Shown: positions 9,825-20,140 of the stretch, one piece after another
How the letters are laid out: each line of letters opens with the position of its first letter
Numbering within the stretch: the stretch's first letter is position 1
Source: Candidatus Bathyarchaeota archaeon
GTDB taxonomy: Archaea; Thermoproteota; Bathyarchaeia; Bathyarchaeales; Bathycorpusculaceae
Assembly: GCA_963826715.1 (NCBI GenBank)
Contig: CAWGYA010000008.1
Span: forward strand, 416,001 to 480,000
Length of the DNA stretch: 64,000 nucleotides
Direction: 5' to 3'
Translations under genes and position numbers: made by a program
Notes under the pieces: model-generated
Seen by the model: the letters and a program-made list of their open reading frames with translations, nothing else
Told to the model about the DNA's origin: nothing
The model's database searches: none

Positions 9825-10854
9825 ACGTTAGGCCCTCTGTGTACTTTGAATTGTACAGACGGTCTTTAAGGTCAACATCAAAGTGCTTCTCAATGGGGTC
9901 AAGCACCTGGGGATTGGCTTCGTAGACTTTACGTGCGTTCACCATAACAACCTTGAGACCAGCCTCTGTCATTCTTCCCAGCGGTTGCCTGCAAGGTCCG
10001 GACGGCATGCCCAAAACGCTCATAAGAGTTTTAACTGCAAGTGGATTTCGCGCCTTACACATGACGGGTCCATAGGGTGTTTGCTCTTGGGTCTTAACCG
10101 TGACTATATCAAAGAGTGGATTTAGCGCTTGGGCGATAATGTTTGCAGCTTCTTCGTTGCCATCTAAACAGTAATGCACCATGTCAGACATGGCCCTGGG
10201 GGCAATGTTGGAAACAACGGATATGACTCCGTTTGCCCGAATGTCAGGTGAAACCATCATAGTAAATGTTTTTTCATCGTCACCACTTAAGATATCAAAG
10301 TTTTCGCCACACAGGGCTCTGGTTAATTCCGCATTCTTGAGATCGCCAGTAGCTTCTTTGACACAACTAACGTTTGGGTATTGGTGATGTAGAACAGCAA
10401 GGTCTGGTGGTAATAGTTGAGTACCCGTTCGCCCAGGTATTATATAGGGTATGATTTGAATTTCTGGGAACTGACGTGCTATGGGCTCGACATATTCACG
10501 CCGAATCTCAAGCGAGCTAGGTCCGTTGTAGTACGGGTCTACAAGCAAAACCGCTTCGATGCCAGCATCATAGGCATGCGCAGTACCTTCAATGGCTTCC
10601 TGGGTTGAGTTACTTCCGGTGCCGGCTATAGTTATGAATCGTTTGCCTGAAGTTTCGTTAACCATTTCTATAACTTTGCTGTGTTCTTCCCAAGACAGCG
10701 TGGGGCTTTCGCCGGTTGTACCGACGGCTAAAAGACCTGCCACACCATTTTTTACTTGGAATTCCACCAGTTGTGATAGTCCGTCGTAATCGACTTGGCG
10801 ATCACTTTTCAATGGAGTAATTAAAGCTGTGTAACAACCGCTGAATGTTGTCAA
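9817..10854 (-). CDS. dapA: 4-hydroxy-tetrahydrodipicolinate synthase
   Basis: GTTGESPTL, GTGSNST, PYYN, KEATGD and LSGDD. Confidence 0.95.
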   Translation of the reverse strand: MTTFSGCYTALITPLKSDRQVDYDGLSQLVEFQVKNGVAGLLAVGTTGESPTLSWEEHSKVIEMVNETSGKRFITIAGTGSNSTQEAIEGTAHAYDAGIEAVLLVDPYYNGPSSLEIRREYVEPIARQFPEIQIIPYIIPGRTGTQLLPPDLAVLHHQYPNVSCVKEATGDLKNAELTRALCGENFDILSGDDEKTFTMMVSPDIRANGVISVVSNIAPRAMSDMVHYCLDGNEEAANIIAQALNPLFDIVTVKTQEQTPYGPVMCKARNPLAVKTLMSVLGMPSGPCRQPLGRMTEAGLKVVMVNARKVYEANPQVLDPIEKHFDVDLKDRLYNSKYTEGLTYA

Positions 10855-11010
10855 TTTTTATTCCTTCTTTGAGTTGAGGAACTGATGAGAGATTAAATAT
10901 TTAAGGTTTACGTTTTACATATTTTTTTTACGAAAAACGGAAAAAATCCTCTTCAACATCAAAACAATCATCGTTAACATATTTTTTCCGCAAATAGAAA
11001 ACAGAAGCGT

Positions 11011-11310
11011 CTATGGCGAAACTGTGTAAGCCGTGAAAACACCATCATAACTCCCATAAATCTCCCGCAAATAATCAAGTGCAGCCTCAAGTGTAACCGC
11101 CGCAGGAATAACCTGCCGAAAATTATCCTCACGTATTACATCAAAAAGCTGTCCAGACTGGATCCCCACTATTTTTAGCTCCAGCATATACGGACCGCAT
11201 ACAAAAACTGCTAACGCTCCTTTCCGAGGACTACCTTTTCGGACATCTACAGTTTTTTTCCCCTGTTTTAGCCAACCGAAGGCTTCTTTCTTTGTCAAAA
11301 ACGTAGGCAA
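11011..11310 (-). CDS. ASCH domain protein
   Basis: GKKTVDVRKG resembles the ASCH GxKxxExR motif; 99 aa. Confidence 0.7.
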   Translation of the reverse strand: MPTFLTKKEAFGWLKQGKKTVDVRKGSPRKGALAVFVCGPYMLELKIVGIQSGQLFDVIREDNFRQVIPAAVTLEAALDYLREIYGSYDGVFTAYTVSP

Positions 11311-11421
11311 CTATAACACCAAAAAGTTCTGGTGTGATACTAGAAGATAAGTATTCAGTAAGAAAACGAATAAGAAAAAATGAAAAAATAATGTTGGAAA
11401 CTAAGAAGAAACGGCTAGTTT

Positions 11422-11619
11422 TTACCCTTTGCCTTTCTCTTCTTTACCGAAGTACTGAGTCCACTTTAGCTTGCGTGCGTCACGTTTGAATAACAGACTG
11501 CTCTTCTTGCATTTACTAGAATCAAACCATAGGATTGAGCCGTCGCTTTTAACGTACATCATGCCTGTGCCAGCTGGGAAATCAGCACCACAGAACGAAC
11601 ATTTTCTCGGTTTTGGCAT
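11422..11619 (-). CDS. rpl24e: 50S ribosomal protein L24e
   Basis: CSFCG...GTGMMYV...SSKCKK...RKLKWT. Confidence 0.96.
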   Translation of the reverse strand: MPKPRKCSFCGADFPAGTGMMYVKSDGSILWFDSSKCKKSSLLFKRDARKLKWTQYFGKEEKGKG

Positions 11620-11635
11620 GACAAATTCTCCTTGT

Positions 11636-11854
11636 TTATCTGGTAAGTTTCTTTGCTTCGCGCTCTGTTTCTCTCAGCATCAAAATATCTTGAACACGGA
11701 CAGGTCCTTTAACGTTGCGTGTAATGATTCTACCTTTATCTTTGCCTTCCATGATACGTACGCGGACCTGTGTGATTTCGCCCGTTACACCTGTGCGACC
11801 GATGATCTGTATGACTTCAGAGGGAATCTGATCCTGGGCGATTTCTTTACTCAT
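11636..11854 (-). CDS. rps28e: 30S ribosomal protein S28e
   Basis: [14 protein letters not shown]...RNVKGPVR...LRETEREAK. Confidence 0.97.
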   Translation of the reverse strand: MSKEIAQDQIPSEVIQIIGRTGVTGEITQVRVRIMEGKDKGRIITRNVKGPVRVQDILMLRETEREAKKLTR

Positions 11855-12234
11855 TACTGAGTTCCTCGTTTAACCTGGTCAATACGTGTTACAATTTCTT
11901 TGATTAAACCAGCCGCTTCGCCTTCTCTCAGTATACATGCTGCTGCGCAGGGAACTTCAATGCCAATTGATTTGCCGAGTTGCTCTTTGCTTGGAACGAA
12001 TACATATGGGATTTTGCGTTCGTCACAGAGTAGTGGGAGGTGCGCGATGACTTCTGGGGGGTCAACGTCTTCAGCTATAACGATGAGTTTTGCTTGGCTG
12101 CGTTCAACAGCTTTTGTGGCTTCGTTGGTTCCTTTCCTAACTGATCCTGATTTTGAAGCAATCGTTAGGGCTTCATAGGCTGCATCTACGAGTTCTTTTG
12201 GGACTTCATATTTTACATAAAATGGTTTAGACAT
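11854..12234 (-). CDS. rpl7ae: 50S ribosomal protein L7Ae
   Basis: [21 protein letters not shown] and PYVFVPSK. Start placed at ATG 12234. Confidence 0.97.
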   Translation of the reverse strand: MSKPFYVKYEVPKELVDAAYEALTIASKSGSVRKGTNEATKAVERSQAKLIVIAEDVDPPEVIAHLPLLCDERKIPYVFVPSKEQLGKSIGIEVPCAAACILREGEAAGLIKEIVTRIDQVKRGTQ

Positions 12235-12391
12235 ATTTCTTAGCCTCACCCTTTTAAGGCACAGTCTTATCCACAGTTCCCATTTAATAAGCTTTCGACT
12301 ACAAAAAGCCAGACTTGCACTTACTATATATATGGATTCCAGAAAGCTTTAAATTCATAGATACGGTCACGTATATGTTTCGAGAGGGGAA

Positions 12392-12661
12392 TTGCGTTTG
12401 CAAAGATTGGGCAGGATAACAAATGTATCTCCTTCAGGAAACGCTATAGTTAAAGCAGAAAATCCCCCGAAAATCGGCTCCGAAGTTGTCGATGAGAACT
12501 TAGTTGTTGTTGGTAAAGTTTTTGACATAATTGGCCCAGTCTCAGCACCTTATGCAGTGATTAAGCCTACCGTTAAAGAACCCGCCAAACTGGTCAGTAA
12601 ACCAGTATACTTGCTTCTCTCGAAAACTAAACGGAGCAAAAGAGAGAATGATCAGAGATAG
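12392..12661 (+). CDS. gar1: H/ACA RNP Gar1/Naf1 family protein
   Basis: [15 protein letters not shown] motif; conserved gar1-tfb adjacency. Confidence 0.85.
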   Translation: MRLQRLGRITNVSPSGNAIVKAENPPKIGSEVVDENLVVVGKVFDIIGPVSAPYAVIKPTVKEPAKLVSKPVYLLLSKTKRSKRENDQR

Positions 12662-13622
12662 CAAGTTACATGAACCAATAGGTCAAAACGAAACCGCATC
12701 CAAGACGGAGCCCTACAAAGCTAGATCCTGTCCTGAATGCGGAAGTGTCCGCCTCATGCATGATTCTGAAGTCGCCGAAATAGTGTGTATGGACTGCGGC
12801 GTCGTGGTGCAACAAAAGCTTACAGATCGTGGTCCGGAATGGCGAGCATTCGACAACGAGCAGCGTTCTAAACGGACTCGAGTTGGCGCCCCCTTAACCT
12901 ATACCATACATGATAAAGGTTTATCCACAACCATAGACTGGCATGATCGCGACGTCTATGGCAAAAGCCTTTCTCCAGGGCAAAAAGCCCAGGTTTACCG
13001 CCTCAGAAAGTGGCAGCGGCGAATACGGGTTTCAGACGCAACTGAACGAAATTTGGCTTTCGCACTCTCAGAAATCAGCAAGATGTCCAATAACCTCAAT
13101 TTACCTAAAAACATCTTGGAAACTGCTTCAGTAATTTATCGAAAAGCAGTCAAGGAGAAGCTTATCCGCGGCAGGTCCATTCAGGGTGTCACATCAGCAG
13201 CCCTTTACTTAGCCTGTAGACAATGTGGATTACCCCGCACTCTCGATGAAATCTCGCAGGCATCAGCGGCTAGTAAGAAAGAGGTGGGACGAAGCTACCG
13301 CTTTTTAATCCGCGAACTCAACTATGCCATCCCGCCGCTTCGACCCAGCCAATACATAACCAAGTTTTCCAACCAGTTGACTATGCAGGGAAAAGTTGAG
13401 GAAATCGCGCATAAAATTTTAGCGGCAGCCAAAGAGCTCAAATTAACCTCAGGTAGGGGACCCACCGGAATCGCAGCCGCTGCAAGTTATGTGGCATCGG
13501 TATTAACTGGCGAACGAAAGACTCAAAGGGAAATCGCGGAGATAGCTCAGGTTACCGAGGTAACAATTCGTAACCGCTACAAGGAACTTGCTGAATGCTT
13601 AATGTTACAGATAAGCATTTAA
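12648..13622 (+). CDS. tfb: Transcription initiation factor IIB
   Basis: Zn ribbon CPECG...CMDCG, GPEWRAF, two cyclin repeats and [12 protein letters not shown]. Confidence 0.97.
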   Translation: MIRDSKLHEPIGQNETASKTEPYKARSCPECGSVRLMHDSEVAEIVCMDCGVVVQQKLTDRGPEWRAFDNEQRSKRTRVGAPLTYTIHDKGLSTTIDWHDRDVYGKSLSPGQKAQVYRLRKWQRRIRVSDATERNLAFALSEISKMSNNLNLPKNILETASVIYRKAVKEKLIRGRSIQGVTSAALYLACRQCGLPRTLDEISQASAASKKEVGRSYRFLIRELNYAIPPLRPSQYITKFSNQLTMQGKVEEIAHKILAAAKELKLTSGRGPTGIAAAASYVASVLTGERKTQREIAEIAQVTEVTIRNRYKELAECLMLQISI

Positions 13623-13653
13623 GCTCATTTCTATTTTCAAGCAGGATTCGCTG

Positions 13654-13944
13654 ATGGATAAATCAAAGGCTAAATCTGATGATGTTTCGAAAATTAAAGA
13701 AACTGTTACAAAACTCAGGCAAATCCAAGCTGATTTAAGGCAGATTATAGCGAATCTGCAGCAGAATATTGAACAACTTGATTCTGAGCCAACGTTACAA
13801 AGAGGCATAAAAGATTTTAAGCGGGATTTTGAGGAACGTGCCTTGACCCTTGAAGTTGAAGTAAAAAAGCTACGGGAAGAACTCAAATCAGTCAAAGATC
13901 TTTTAGGTTTTAGCCTGGAAAATACAAAGTCAGCCAATTCTTAA
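13654..13944 (+). CDS. Hypothetical coiled-coil protein
   Basis: 96-aa heptad-rich ORF co-oriented with tfb. Confidence 0.55.
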   Translation: MDKSKAKSDDVSKIKETVTKLRQIQADLRQIIANLQQNIEQLDSEPTLQRGIKDFKRDFEERALTLEVEVKKLREELKSVKDLLGFSLENTKSANS

Positions 13945-13992
13945 GTATTTCACAGGTATTTTTTTAAGTCTCATAGTTCTTTATGCTAATCT

Positions 13993-14607
13993 ATGCCCTA
14001 TAAATTCACTTTTGACTTGTCCACTGTTCCTAGATTTTTCTTCACGGAATTAACTTTGCTTAGCTACCAAAAGGGCATGCATAAAACCTTCCTAAAAACT
14101 GCTAATGACCTCATCGTAAAATTCCGTATTCAAGAGGCGACAGGACTTAACCTCTCTGAAGCGGTGGTTTTACTACAGGACCTCCTGGATTTACAAGCAA
14201 TAAACATTATGGAACGGGACAAGTTTGTTGAAACAAAGCGGAGAGCACTTTTTCTACCACATTGTTCCAGAAAATACATGGATAGTCGTTGCAAAGCAAA
14301 CTTTGACGCAGGCATTCCATCTTATACCTGCTCACATTGCTCAGAAGACTGTTTAGTTAATAATGCTGACCAATATGCCCGAAGCAAAGGTTATGACGTT
14401 TATCTTTTGCCCGGCGGTTCCTGTATCCCTAAGATTCTCAAAAACAACCGTTACGAGGGCATTGTTGGTGTTGCATGCGGAGAGGAAATGAAGATGATGA
14501 GCCACTTGCTAGAAAATATGAACATGCCGGGGCAAGGGATTCCGTTAATTAAAAACGGTTGTGCAAATACCATTTTCACTATGGAGACTCTCAAAAAAGT
14601 CCTTTAA
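13993..14607 (+). CDS. DUF116 family protein
   Basis: LFLPHC...C...CxxC...C...PGGS...GVAC Cys pattern. Confidence 0.8.
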   Translation: MPYKFTFDLSTVPRFFFTELTLLSYQKGMHKTFLKTANDLIVKFRIQEATGLNLSEAVVLLQDLLDLQAINIMERDKFVETKRRALFLPHCSRKYMDSRCKANFDAGIPSYTCSHCSEDCLVNNADQYARSKGYDVYLLPGGSCIPKILKNNRYEGIVGVACGEEMKMMSHLLENMNMPGQGIPLIKNGCANTIFTMETLKKVL

Positions 14608-14812
14608 AATAATCAGTCAATTGAAAACAGGTCAATAAAGAATATAATCAATTAATATCACTAATATTTTCTTAAAATTTAAGAAATAAAGGGTAGAAAA
14701 TATCAATGATAATTAAAGGGAACAATCGATCCAATTTTGCTATAAAGACAACATCTGACACTTTATGTGGTTTAGCGTAAGACTTTAATTGTGAGTCAAC
14801 TCCAAAGTAATT

Positions 14813-15634
14813 ATGCACTACAGCAGGTTCACAGTTTTAATTTTTTTGTTTGCTTTTATAGTTTCAAGCCTGCTGGTAATAGCACCTACGGAGAGTTTAA
14901 GTGCCCAACCCCCTGCGCCTACGTTCTCAATTAATATCCTAAAAATTAGCTACAATATTACTTTAATCAACAGTACCAACTCTAACGGGGATTATTCAAT
15001 AACATTTTACAATCAAGCGGACCTGGAAATTTTATTTAGCACTTCATCCGCCGCTGAATACGCTAATAATGGTTACAGCCTTTTTTACGATCTACGCTAC
15101 AAAAATCACTTGGAGCCAGAATGGCTTACTGGGTGGCATAGCGCCTTCGATGAGAATAACTATCCCAAACAGGGAGGGTCTGTTAGAGCAACCACAGCAA
15201 ACTGTTCTATAACTTATTCTTCTAAAGAACTCAACTTAGACTTTCAAGCGCGTATCATAACAGCTCGACCATTCACGCAGTGGCATTATGAAAGAATTGA
15301 TAATAAATGGGTCCGGGTTAACCAAACTGTTTTGCGAACGGTTGGAACAAGTGATTGGAGTAACGCTCAAACCATAACAGGTTTAAACGGATTTCTGCCA
15401 GTAACGCCTGCACCTTCGAATCAGCCGATTCCAATCCCCTCTTCCACCTCACCCACTCCTTCTGTCACGGTAGTTGATTTGGGAGGGAACCAAGACTTAT
15501 TTGGATGGATACAAGTCATAATTCCCTTTTTGGTTGGCATTTCGGGTTTTTTTATACTACTTGGAGGTCTTTATAAATGGCGAAAGGGCATACCCAAAAC
15601 TCGGGTTTACAACTTCCCGCAAGCACCCCCTTAG
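14813..15634 (+). CDS. Secreted, C-terminally anchored surface protein with a Ser/Thr/Pro linker
   Basis: N-terminal signal peptide, SDWSNAQTIT, PSSTSPTPS linker and a C-terminal TM helix. Confidence 0.7.
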   Translation: MHYSRFTVLIFLFAFIVSSLLVIAPTESLSAQPPAPTFSINILKISYNITLINSTNSNGDYSITFYNQADLEILFSTSSAAEYANNGYSLFYDLRYKNHLEPEWLTGWHSAFDENNYPKQGGSVRATTANCSITYSSKELNLDFQARIITARPFTQWHYERIDNKWVRVNQTVLRTVGTSDWSNAQTITGLNGFLPVTPAPSNQPIPIPSSTSPTPSVTVVDLGGNQDLFGWIQVIIPFLVGISGFFILLGGLYKWRKGIPKTRVYNFPQAPP

Positions 15635-15692
15635 CAAAGAATCTAAAGAGTTATATGCGCGCAAAACCAACTTTTCTATAGTGACATTTTCC

Positions 15693-15977
15693 ATGCAGTA
15701 TTCAAAGGTTTCTGGAAAGAAAAACGACCATAAAGTTACCCTCTACACATTGAGCACCTGTGTTTGGTGTAAACTAACTAAGCAGTTCCTCAGCGACAAT
15801 AGCGTCGCCTACGAATTTGTCGATGTTGATTTACTTGGCGCAGATGATAAAAACAAAGTGCATGAAATCATCCAAAACAAAGGAGGTTCTCTCAGCTACC
15901 CAACCGCAATCATCGACGATAAAACCGTCATAACTGGATTCCGTAAAGATCAATTGAAGGAGGCATTGGGTTTTTGA
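15693..15977 (+). CDS. Glutaredoxin family protein
   Basis: YTLSTCVWC active site and SYPT cis-Pro motif. Start placed at ATG 15693. Confidence 0.88.
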   Translation: MQYSKVSGKKNDHKVTLYTLSTCVWCKLTKQFLSDNSVAYEFVDVDLLGADDKNKVHEIIQNKGGSLSYPTAIIDDKTVITGFRKDQLKEALGF

Positions 15978-16519
15978 CCACAATTACCTTGGAACAGGTT
16001 CGAGCCAGAGCAGAAGCCGATGCTAAAACATATGGATACTACCTGACTCCACAACCTGAACTTCTACAGATGTTTTTAGAAGGCTTAAAAACTAACGAGG
16101 AACGCTATGGCTACCCATCCTGCCCTTGCCGACTAGCCACAGGTAACCTTGAAATTGACCGCGATATCATATGCCCATGCGATTACCGCGACCCAGACGT
16201 AGCCGAATATGGTTCTTGTTATTGTCGCCTTTATGTTAACAAAGCAGTATATGAAAGCAAAAACCTTCCTGATGTACCTGAACGGCGTCCCGCAGAGAAA
16301 CAGGGAAAGGCTTACAGCACACCACAGCAAACATCTCAAGAGAAAAAAGAAAAAATCGAACTTACGCCACCACCATCAGAGAATAAAAAGAAATTATGGT
16401 ATTGCAAACAATGCGGATACGTGATTTACCGTGAAGACCCCCCGTATGTTTGCCCAATATGCAAGGCAAAGAGGGAAATGTTTGCTGATATCAAAGCTGA
16501 ATTAAGGTTTAATGGATAA
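15974..16519 (+). CDS. Ferredoxin:thioredoxin reductase-like catalytic subunit with C-terminal rubredoxin (FDR-like)
   Basis: CPCR, CPCDY and CYCRLY motifs plus CKQCG...CPIC rubredoxin; overlaps the grx stop (TTGA). Confidence 0.88.
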   Translation: MTTITLEQVRARAEADAKTYGYYLTPQPELLQMFLEGLKTNEERYGYPSCPCRLATGNLEIDRDIICPCDYRDPDVAEYGSCYCRLYVNKAVYESKNLPDVPERRPAEKQGKAYSTPQQTSQEKKEKIELTPPPSENKKKLWYCKQCGYVIYREDPPYVCPICKAKREMFADIKAELRFNG

Positions 16520-16520
16520 G

Positions 16521-16670
16521 CTAACGTTGAATCTGGATTTCGATTTTCCCCCAGCTTTCATCTATTCCATGTAATTTAGTGACTGCTCCAACAATGCTAC
16601 CACTTAAGATACTCTCCACAAACTCGTTTAAAGGAATCTCATTGCCATCAACTTTGAGTTTCACACCCAT
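16521..16670 (-). CDS. 49-aa protein resembling the C-terminal domain of archaeal MobB
   Basis: Manual translation MGVKLKVDGNEIPLNEFVESILSGSIVGAVTKLHGIDESWGKIEIQIQR; too short for the ORF track. Confidence 0.6.
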   Translation of the reverse strand: MGVKLKVDGNEIPLNEFVESILSGSIVGAVTKLHGIDESWGKIEIQIQR

Positions 16671-17185
16671 AACATTTCACTAATGGGTAATGAAGACTAC
16701 GAAAGCAAAAAAACTTGTCCCTTTTCAAAGTTTTACTAATGGAGAAAAGGATTAGTGACTCGTAGAAAAACAAAAAATGACATATTCGGCAAAAGACTTA
16801 CTTCCATAATAATTACCTAAAATAGATGTTTGTAGAAAAGGGAGGAGCTAACACAGTTAAGAGTGTAGCAATAGCCCCGACCTGTGATTTTAAATGTTAT
16901 CTCCGACGTGCATTTTTCTTACCACCAAGGGTATATTGGGCATGAGATGTTTTTGATTGGCACCAATTTTTTCCCGGGTTGATTTCGTGGTTAATACGTC
17001 GTTGATTATACGAGGCGGCATTGTTAACGCAATTAAAAATGAACCAACGTATATCGTAAGAATCACTCTTTACAACTTTAGTTACTAAGCTACCATAATC
17101 CAATCAACCAAAAAATATTTAATAAATGTCAAAAAAATTAAAAAAAATAAACACATAGAAGGTAGTCAAGAATATATCTAGATGG

Positions 17186-17749
17186 TCATAATTTACCATT
17201 TGGCTTGAGGGTAACTCGCAGTTTGGTAACGTTTTCTTTAATTTCTACCTTAACCCCCATTGCCGCAAAGTATTCCTCAAGGAAAATGCGTATAAATTCC
17301 TTGGAAACCTCCGATACGAGCACCAATGTATAATCGTTTGGAGCATTTTTTATTAAGCGATAAAAGTTACAGGCTTCCAAACGAGTTAACATATCCTCAG
17401 TGGAGTGAACTTTTGTTTTTAGTTGCGCCCAATGTGCACGTGCAACTTCCCGGTGTTCCTTCCAAAACTGATCACTTTCGGTTGAGGATGCGATGAGTCG
17501 AAGAAACATTAGCCAGTGATCCACATCAAGGATTATGTGTTCGCCGCTCAGGAGCATGTCTTGGTAAAGGCGAGTTTTTACCTTGATCTGCGGATCTTCA
17601 AGAGCTTTATTTTCGCCATAAAATTTTATTGCCCGGCGCATGATTTCGCTTTGAGAAGCTTGCGCTTCTGTACTGATTTTTTCCAGCAAGTTAGCTGTGG
17701 GCTTGTCGAACGCTACAGTTATTCTTGTGGGGTTTGTCACGGCGTTCAC
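17186..17749 (-). CDS. CopG/ribbon-helix-helix family transcriptional regulator
   Basis: N-terminal RITVAFD...LEKIS...SQSEIMRRAIKFY. Confidence 0.75.
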   Translation of the reverse strand: MNAVTNPTRITVAFDKPTANLLEKISTEAQASQSEIMRRAIKFYGENKALEDPQIKVKTRLYQDMLLSGEHIILDVDHWLMFLRLIASSTESDQFWKEHREVARAHWAQLKTKVHSTEDMLTRLEACNFYRLIKNAPNDYTLVLVSEVSKEFIRIFLEEYFAAMGVKVEIKENVTKLRVTLKPNGKL

Positions 17750-17951
17750 TCAACCATATTTGACAAATATGCAATTTATATGAAATTATATAAACATTAC
17801 CTTATAATTTTCAAATATTTTTTTACATCCATAAACCACAACCAAACAATAGTAAACATGTGTTAACCAAAAATTTCAGGAGGAATTCAAAACTCTTTTA
17901 TCTAATCAATAGCTAATTTATTTCACCCAAAACCTACGCGGAGCCCCAACT

Positions 17952-18611
17952 GTGAAAACACCTGAAATATACCTAGATCCTAAACCTCGAGCCAACCAAA
18001 TAATTGAACTACTCGAAAAACAGTATCCCAATGCCAAAACCGCTCTAAATTACAGCAATCCACTCGAATTACTGTTGGCCACCATGCTATCTGCGCAGAC
18101 AACTGATATTCGCGTAAATATAGTCACCAAGAACCTTTTTAGGAAGTATCCAAATGCACAAGCCTACGCCAACACACCCACCAAAGAAATTGAGCAAGAT
18201 ATCCGCTCCACTGGTTTCTATCACAATAAAGCCAAAAACCTAAAAGGGGCTTGCCAAATCCTAGTCGATAAGTATGGGGGACAAGTACCAAAATCAATGA
18301 CGGAATTGTTGGAACTCCCAGGAGTGGCCAGAAAAACTGCAAACATTGTCCTCTATAACGCGTTCGGTATAACTGCGGGGATCGCGGTAGATACACATGT
18401 AAAACGGCTAGCTCAGCGGCTCGGTCTAACTCACCAAAATGACCAGGACAGAATAGAGCGAGACCTCATGGATATTGTGCCGAAAGAGAAGTGGATGCCA
18501 TTCACCGACCTCTTGATTTTCCATGGGCGTCAAGTTTGTATAGCAAAGAAACCTAAATGTCAAGCTTGCGTTTTAAACAAAATCTGCCCATCAGCCTTTA
18601 CCTTCGGATAG
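17952..18611 (+). CDS. nth: Endonuclease III
   Basis: LSAQTTD, LPGVARKTAN, AVDTHV and a C-x6-C-x2-C-x5-C Fe-S motif. Confidence 0.96.
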   Translation: MKTPEIYLDPKPRANQIIELLEKQYPNAKTALNYSNPLELLLATMLSAQTTDIRVNIVTKNLFRKYPNAQAYANTPTKEIEQDIRSTGFYHNKAKNLKGACQILVDKYGGQVPKSMTELLELPGVARKTANIVLYNAFGITAGIAVDTHVKRLAQRLGLTHQNDQDRIERDLMDIVPKEKWMPFTDLLIFHGRQVCIAKKPKCQACVLNKICPSAFTFG

Positions 18612-18669
18612 AAATAAGCAGCATCCATTTATAGAGCCAGAGACTTTTCTTTTTTGAGGATTGTTCTCG

Positions 18670-19146
18670 ATGGTTAATGTTAAAGTTGGAGAGAAAGCTC
18701 CCGATTTCACCTTGCCAGATGTAGATATGAAATCTAGGAGCTTGAAAGAGTTCCTTGGGCAAAAAGTGGTTTTAGCTTTTTTCGTAAGTGCCTTCACCTC
18801 TACGTGCACAATGGAAGTTTGTTCCTTCCGCGACGCTATGGCACGCTTAACCGATTTAGAAGCTCAAGTTATCGGCATCAGCGTTAATGACCCCTTCTCA
18901 AACAAAGAATTCTCCCAAAAAAACCTACTGCCCTACCCAATTCTAAGTGACTACAATCGCGAAGTCATAAAATGTTATGGTTTAGAAATGCCTAATTTTG
19001 CCGGATTAGAAGGTTACGTGGTCGCAAAACGCTCTGTATTAATCCTAGACAAGAACGGCATTATACGCTACGTATGGGTATCGGACGATCCAACAGTTGA
19101 ACCAGACTACAGCATTATCGAAGAGGTCCTAGCCAAAATCACCTAA
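18670..19146 (+). CDS. Peroxiredoxin (AhpC/TSA, BCP-like)
   Basis: [30 protein letters not shown] and KRSVLILD. Confidence 0.88.
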   Translation: MVNVKVGEKAPDFTLPDVDMKSRSLKEFLGQKVVLAFFVSAFTSTCTMEVCSFRDAMARLTDLEAQVIGISVNDPFSNKEFSQKNLLPYPILSDYNREVIKCYGLEMPNFAGLEGYVVAKRSVLILDKNGIIRYVWVSDDPTVEPDYSIIEEVLAKIT

Positions 19147-19739
19147 ACCCTCTTTTTCATAAGCACTGTATAAAAATACCGAGTAACGCCATCGCCTTCT
19201 AAAGAAGGATAGTGGTGGAATTCCTCGAGTCTAAAATGTCCACTGAAAAGGTCAATTAGCTGCATTCGTGTGAAGTGGTTCCAACCTGCACCATTCTGAT
19301 CGCTAAAGCAGGTCAGCAAGAATACACCACTTGAATTGAGAACTCGGTGCACACCAGAAATGAATTTTCCACGATCTGGGATAGAGACATGATGGAAACA
19401 TCCCATGTCAAAAACTAAATCAAACATGTCACTTCTGAAAGGAAAATCGATAAAACTTGCAAGCACAAATCTGATTTTTAAGGTTGTGGCTTGTTCGTTA
19501 CTTTTTGCGAATTCTATTGCTGTTTTAGAAATGTCCAAAGCTATTGTAAGGTTGCTGTTTTTTGCAAGATAAAATGTGTTGGTTCCTGCACCGCAGCAGA
19601 GGTCTAGAGTTTTGCCCTTGGGTAAAAGGTGTTTTTGCGTATACTGTAAAAGTATTGGGCGGGGTTTGCCAAGTTCCCAGCCTAACTCTTTGAGCGGATA
19701 ACTGCGATAGTACTTATCCCAAACGCCGTATTCAGACAT
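19143..19739 (-). CDS. Class I SAM-dependent methyltransferase
   Basis: LDLCCGAG motif I and [12 protein letters not shown]. Confidence 0.85.
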   Translation of the reverse strand: MSEYGVWDKYYRSYPLKELGWELGKPRPILLQYTQKHLLPKGKTLDLCCGAGTNTFYLAKNSNLTIALDISKTAIEFAKSNEQATTLKIRFVLASFIDFPFRSDMFDLVFDMGCFHHVSIPDRGKFISGVHRVLNSSGVFLLTCFSDQNGAGWNHFTRMQLIDLFSGHFRLEEFHHYPSLEGDGVTRYFYTVLMKKRV

Positions 19740-19895
19740 AACAATACCACTAAACTGAGCTAATCTTTAAGTTTTAACTTATTCTAAATGTAAACGTTTC
19801 AACATTTTTTAGCTGGTAAAAAAATTTAAGAGATGTTTGACTAATAAAAGGGAAGCTCTCTCGTGGCAGAGAGAATCATTTTTTGCCAGAAGGGT

Positions 19896-20075
19896 TTACT
19901 CGATTACCTGAATGGCACCTTCAGGACATTGTGATTCACATGCTCTACACACCAAGCATTCGCTTTCTTTGGTGGGTACAGACTTGCCGTCTTTCATTTC
20001 ATAGACGCCAACAGGGCATGTGTTGACACAAGTTTCGCATCCAGTGCATTTGGCATCGACAACAATTTTTACCAT
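19896..20075 (-). CDS. 2[4Fe-4S] ferredoxin
   Basis: Two CxxCxxCxxxCP motifs. Confidence 0.92.
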   Translation of the reverse strand: MVKIVVDAKCTGCETCVNTCPVGVYEMKDGKSVPTKESECLVCRACESQCPEGAIQVIE

Positions 20076-20140
20076 TTTTGTCAACCTCTTGGAATATTTC
20101 CATGAAAAGCTGTTGTGTAAAATAAAAGGGTTTAGGTGAA

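Noticed and set aside
15534-15692. N-terminal extension of the glutaredoxin ORF
   Set aside because: Overlaps the upstream gene; glutaredoxin-like sequence begins at ATG 15693.
16846-17103. Hairpin gctaacac...gtgtagc and ORF 16897-17103
   Set aside because: A single short stem with no recognisable riboswitch consensus; the ORF has no motif.
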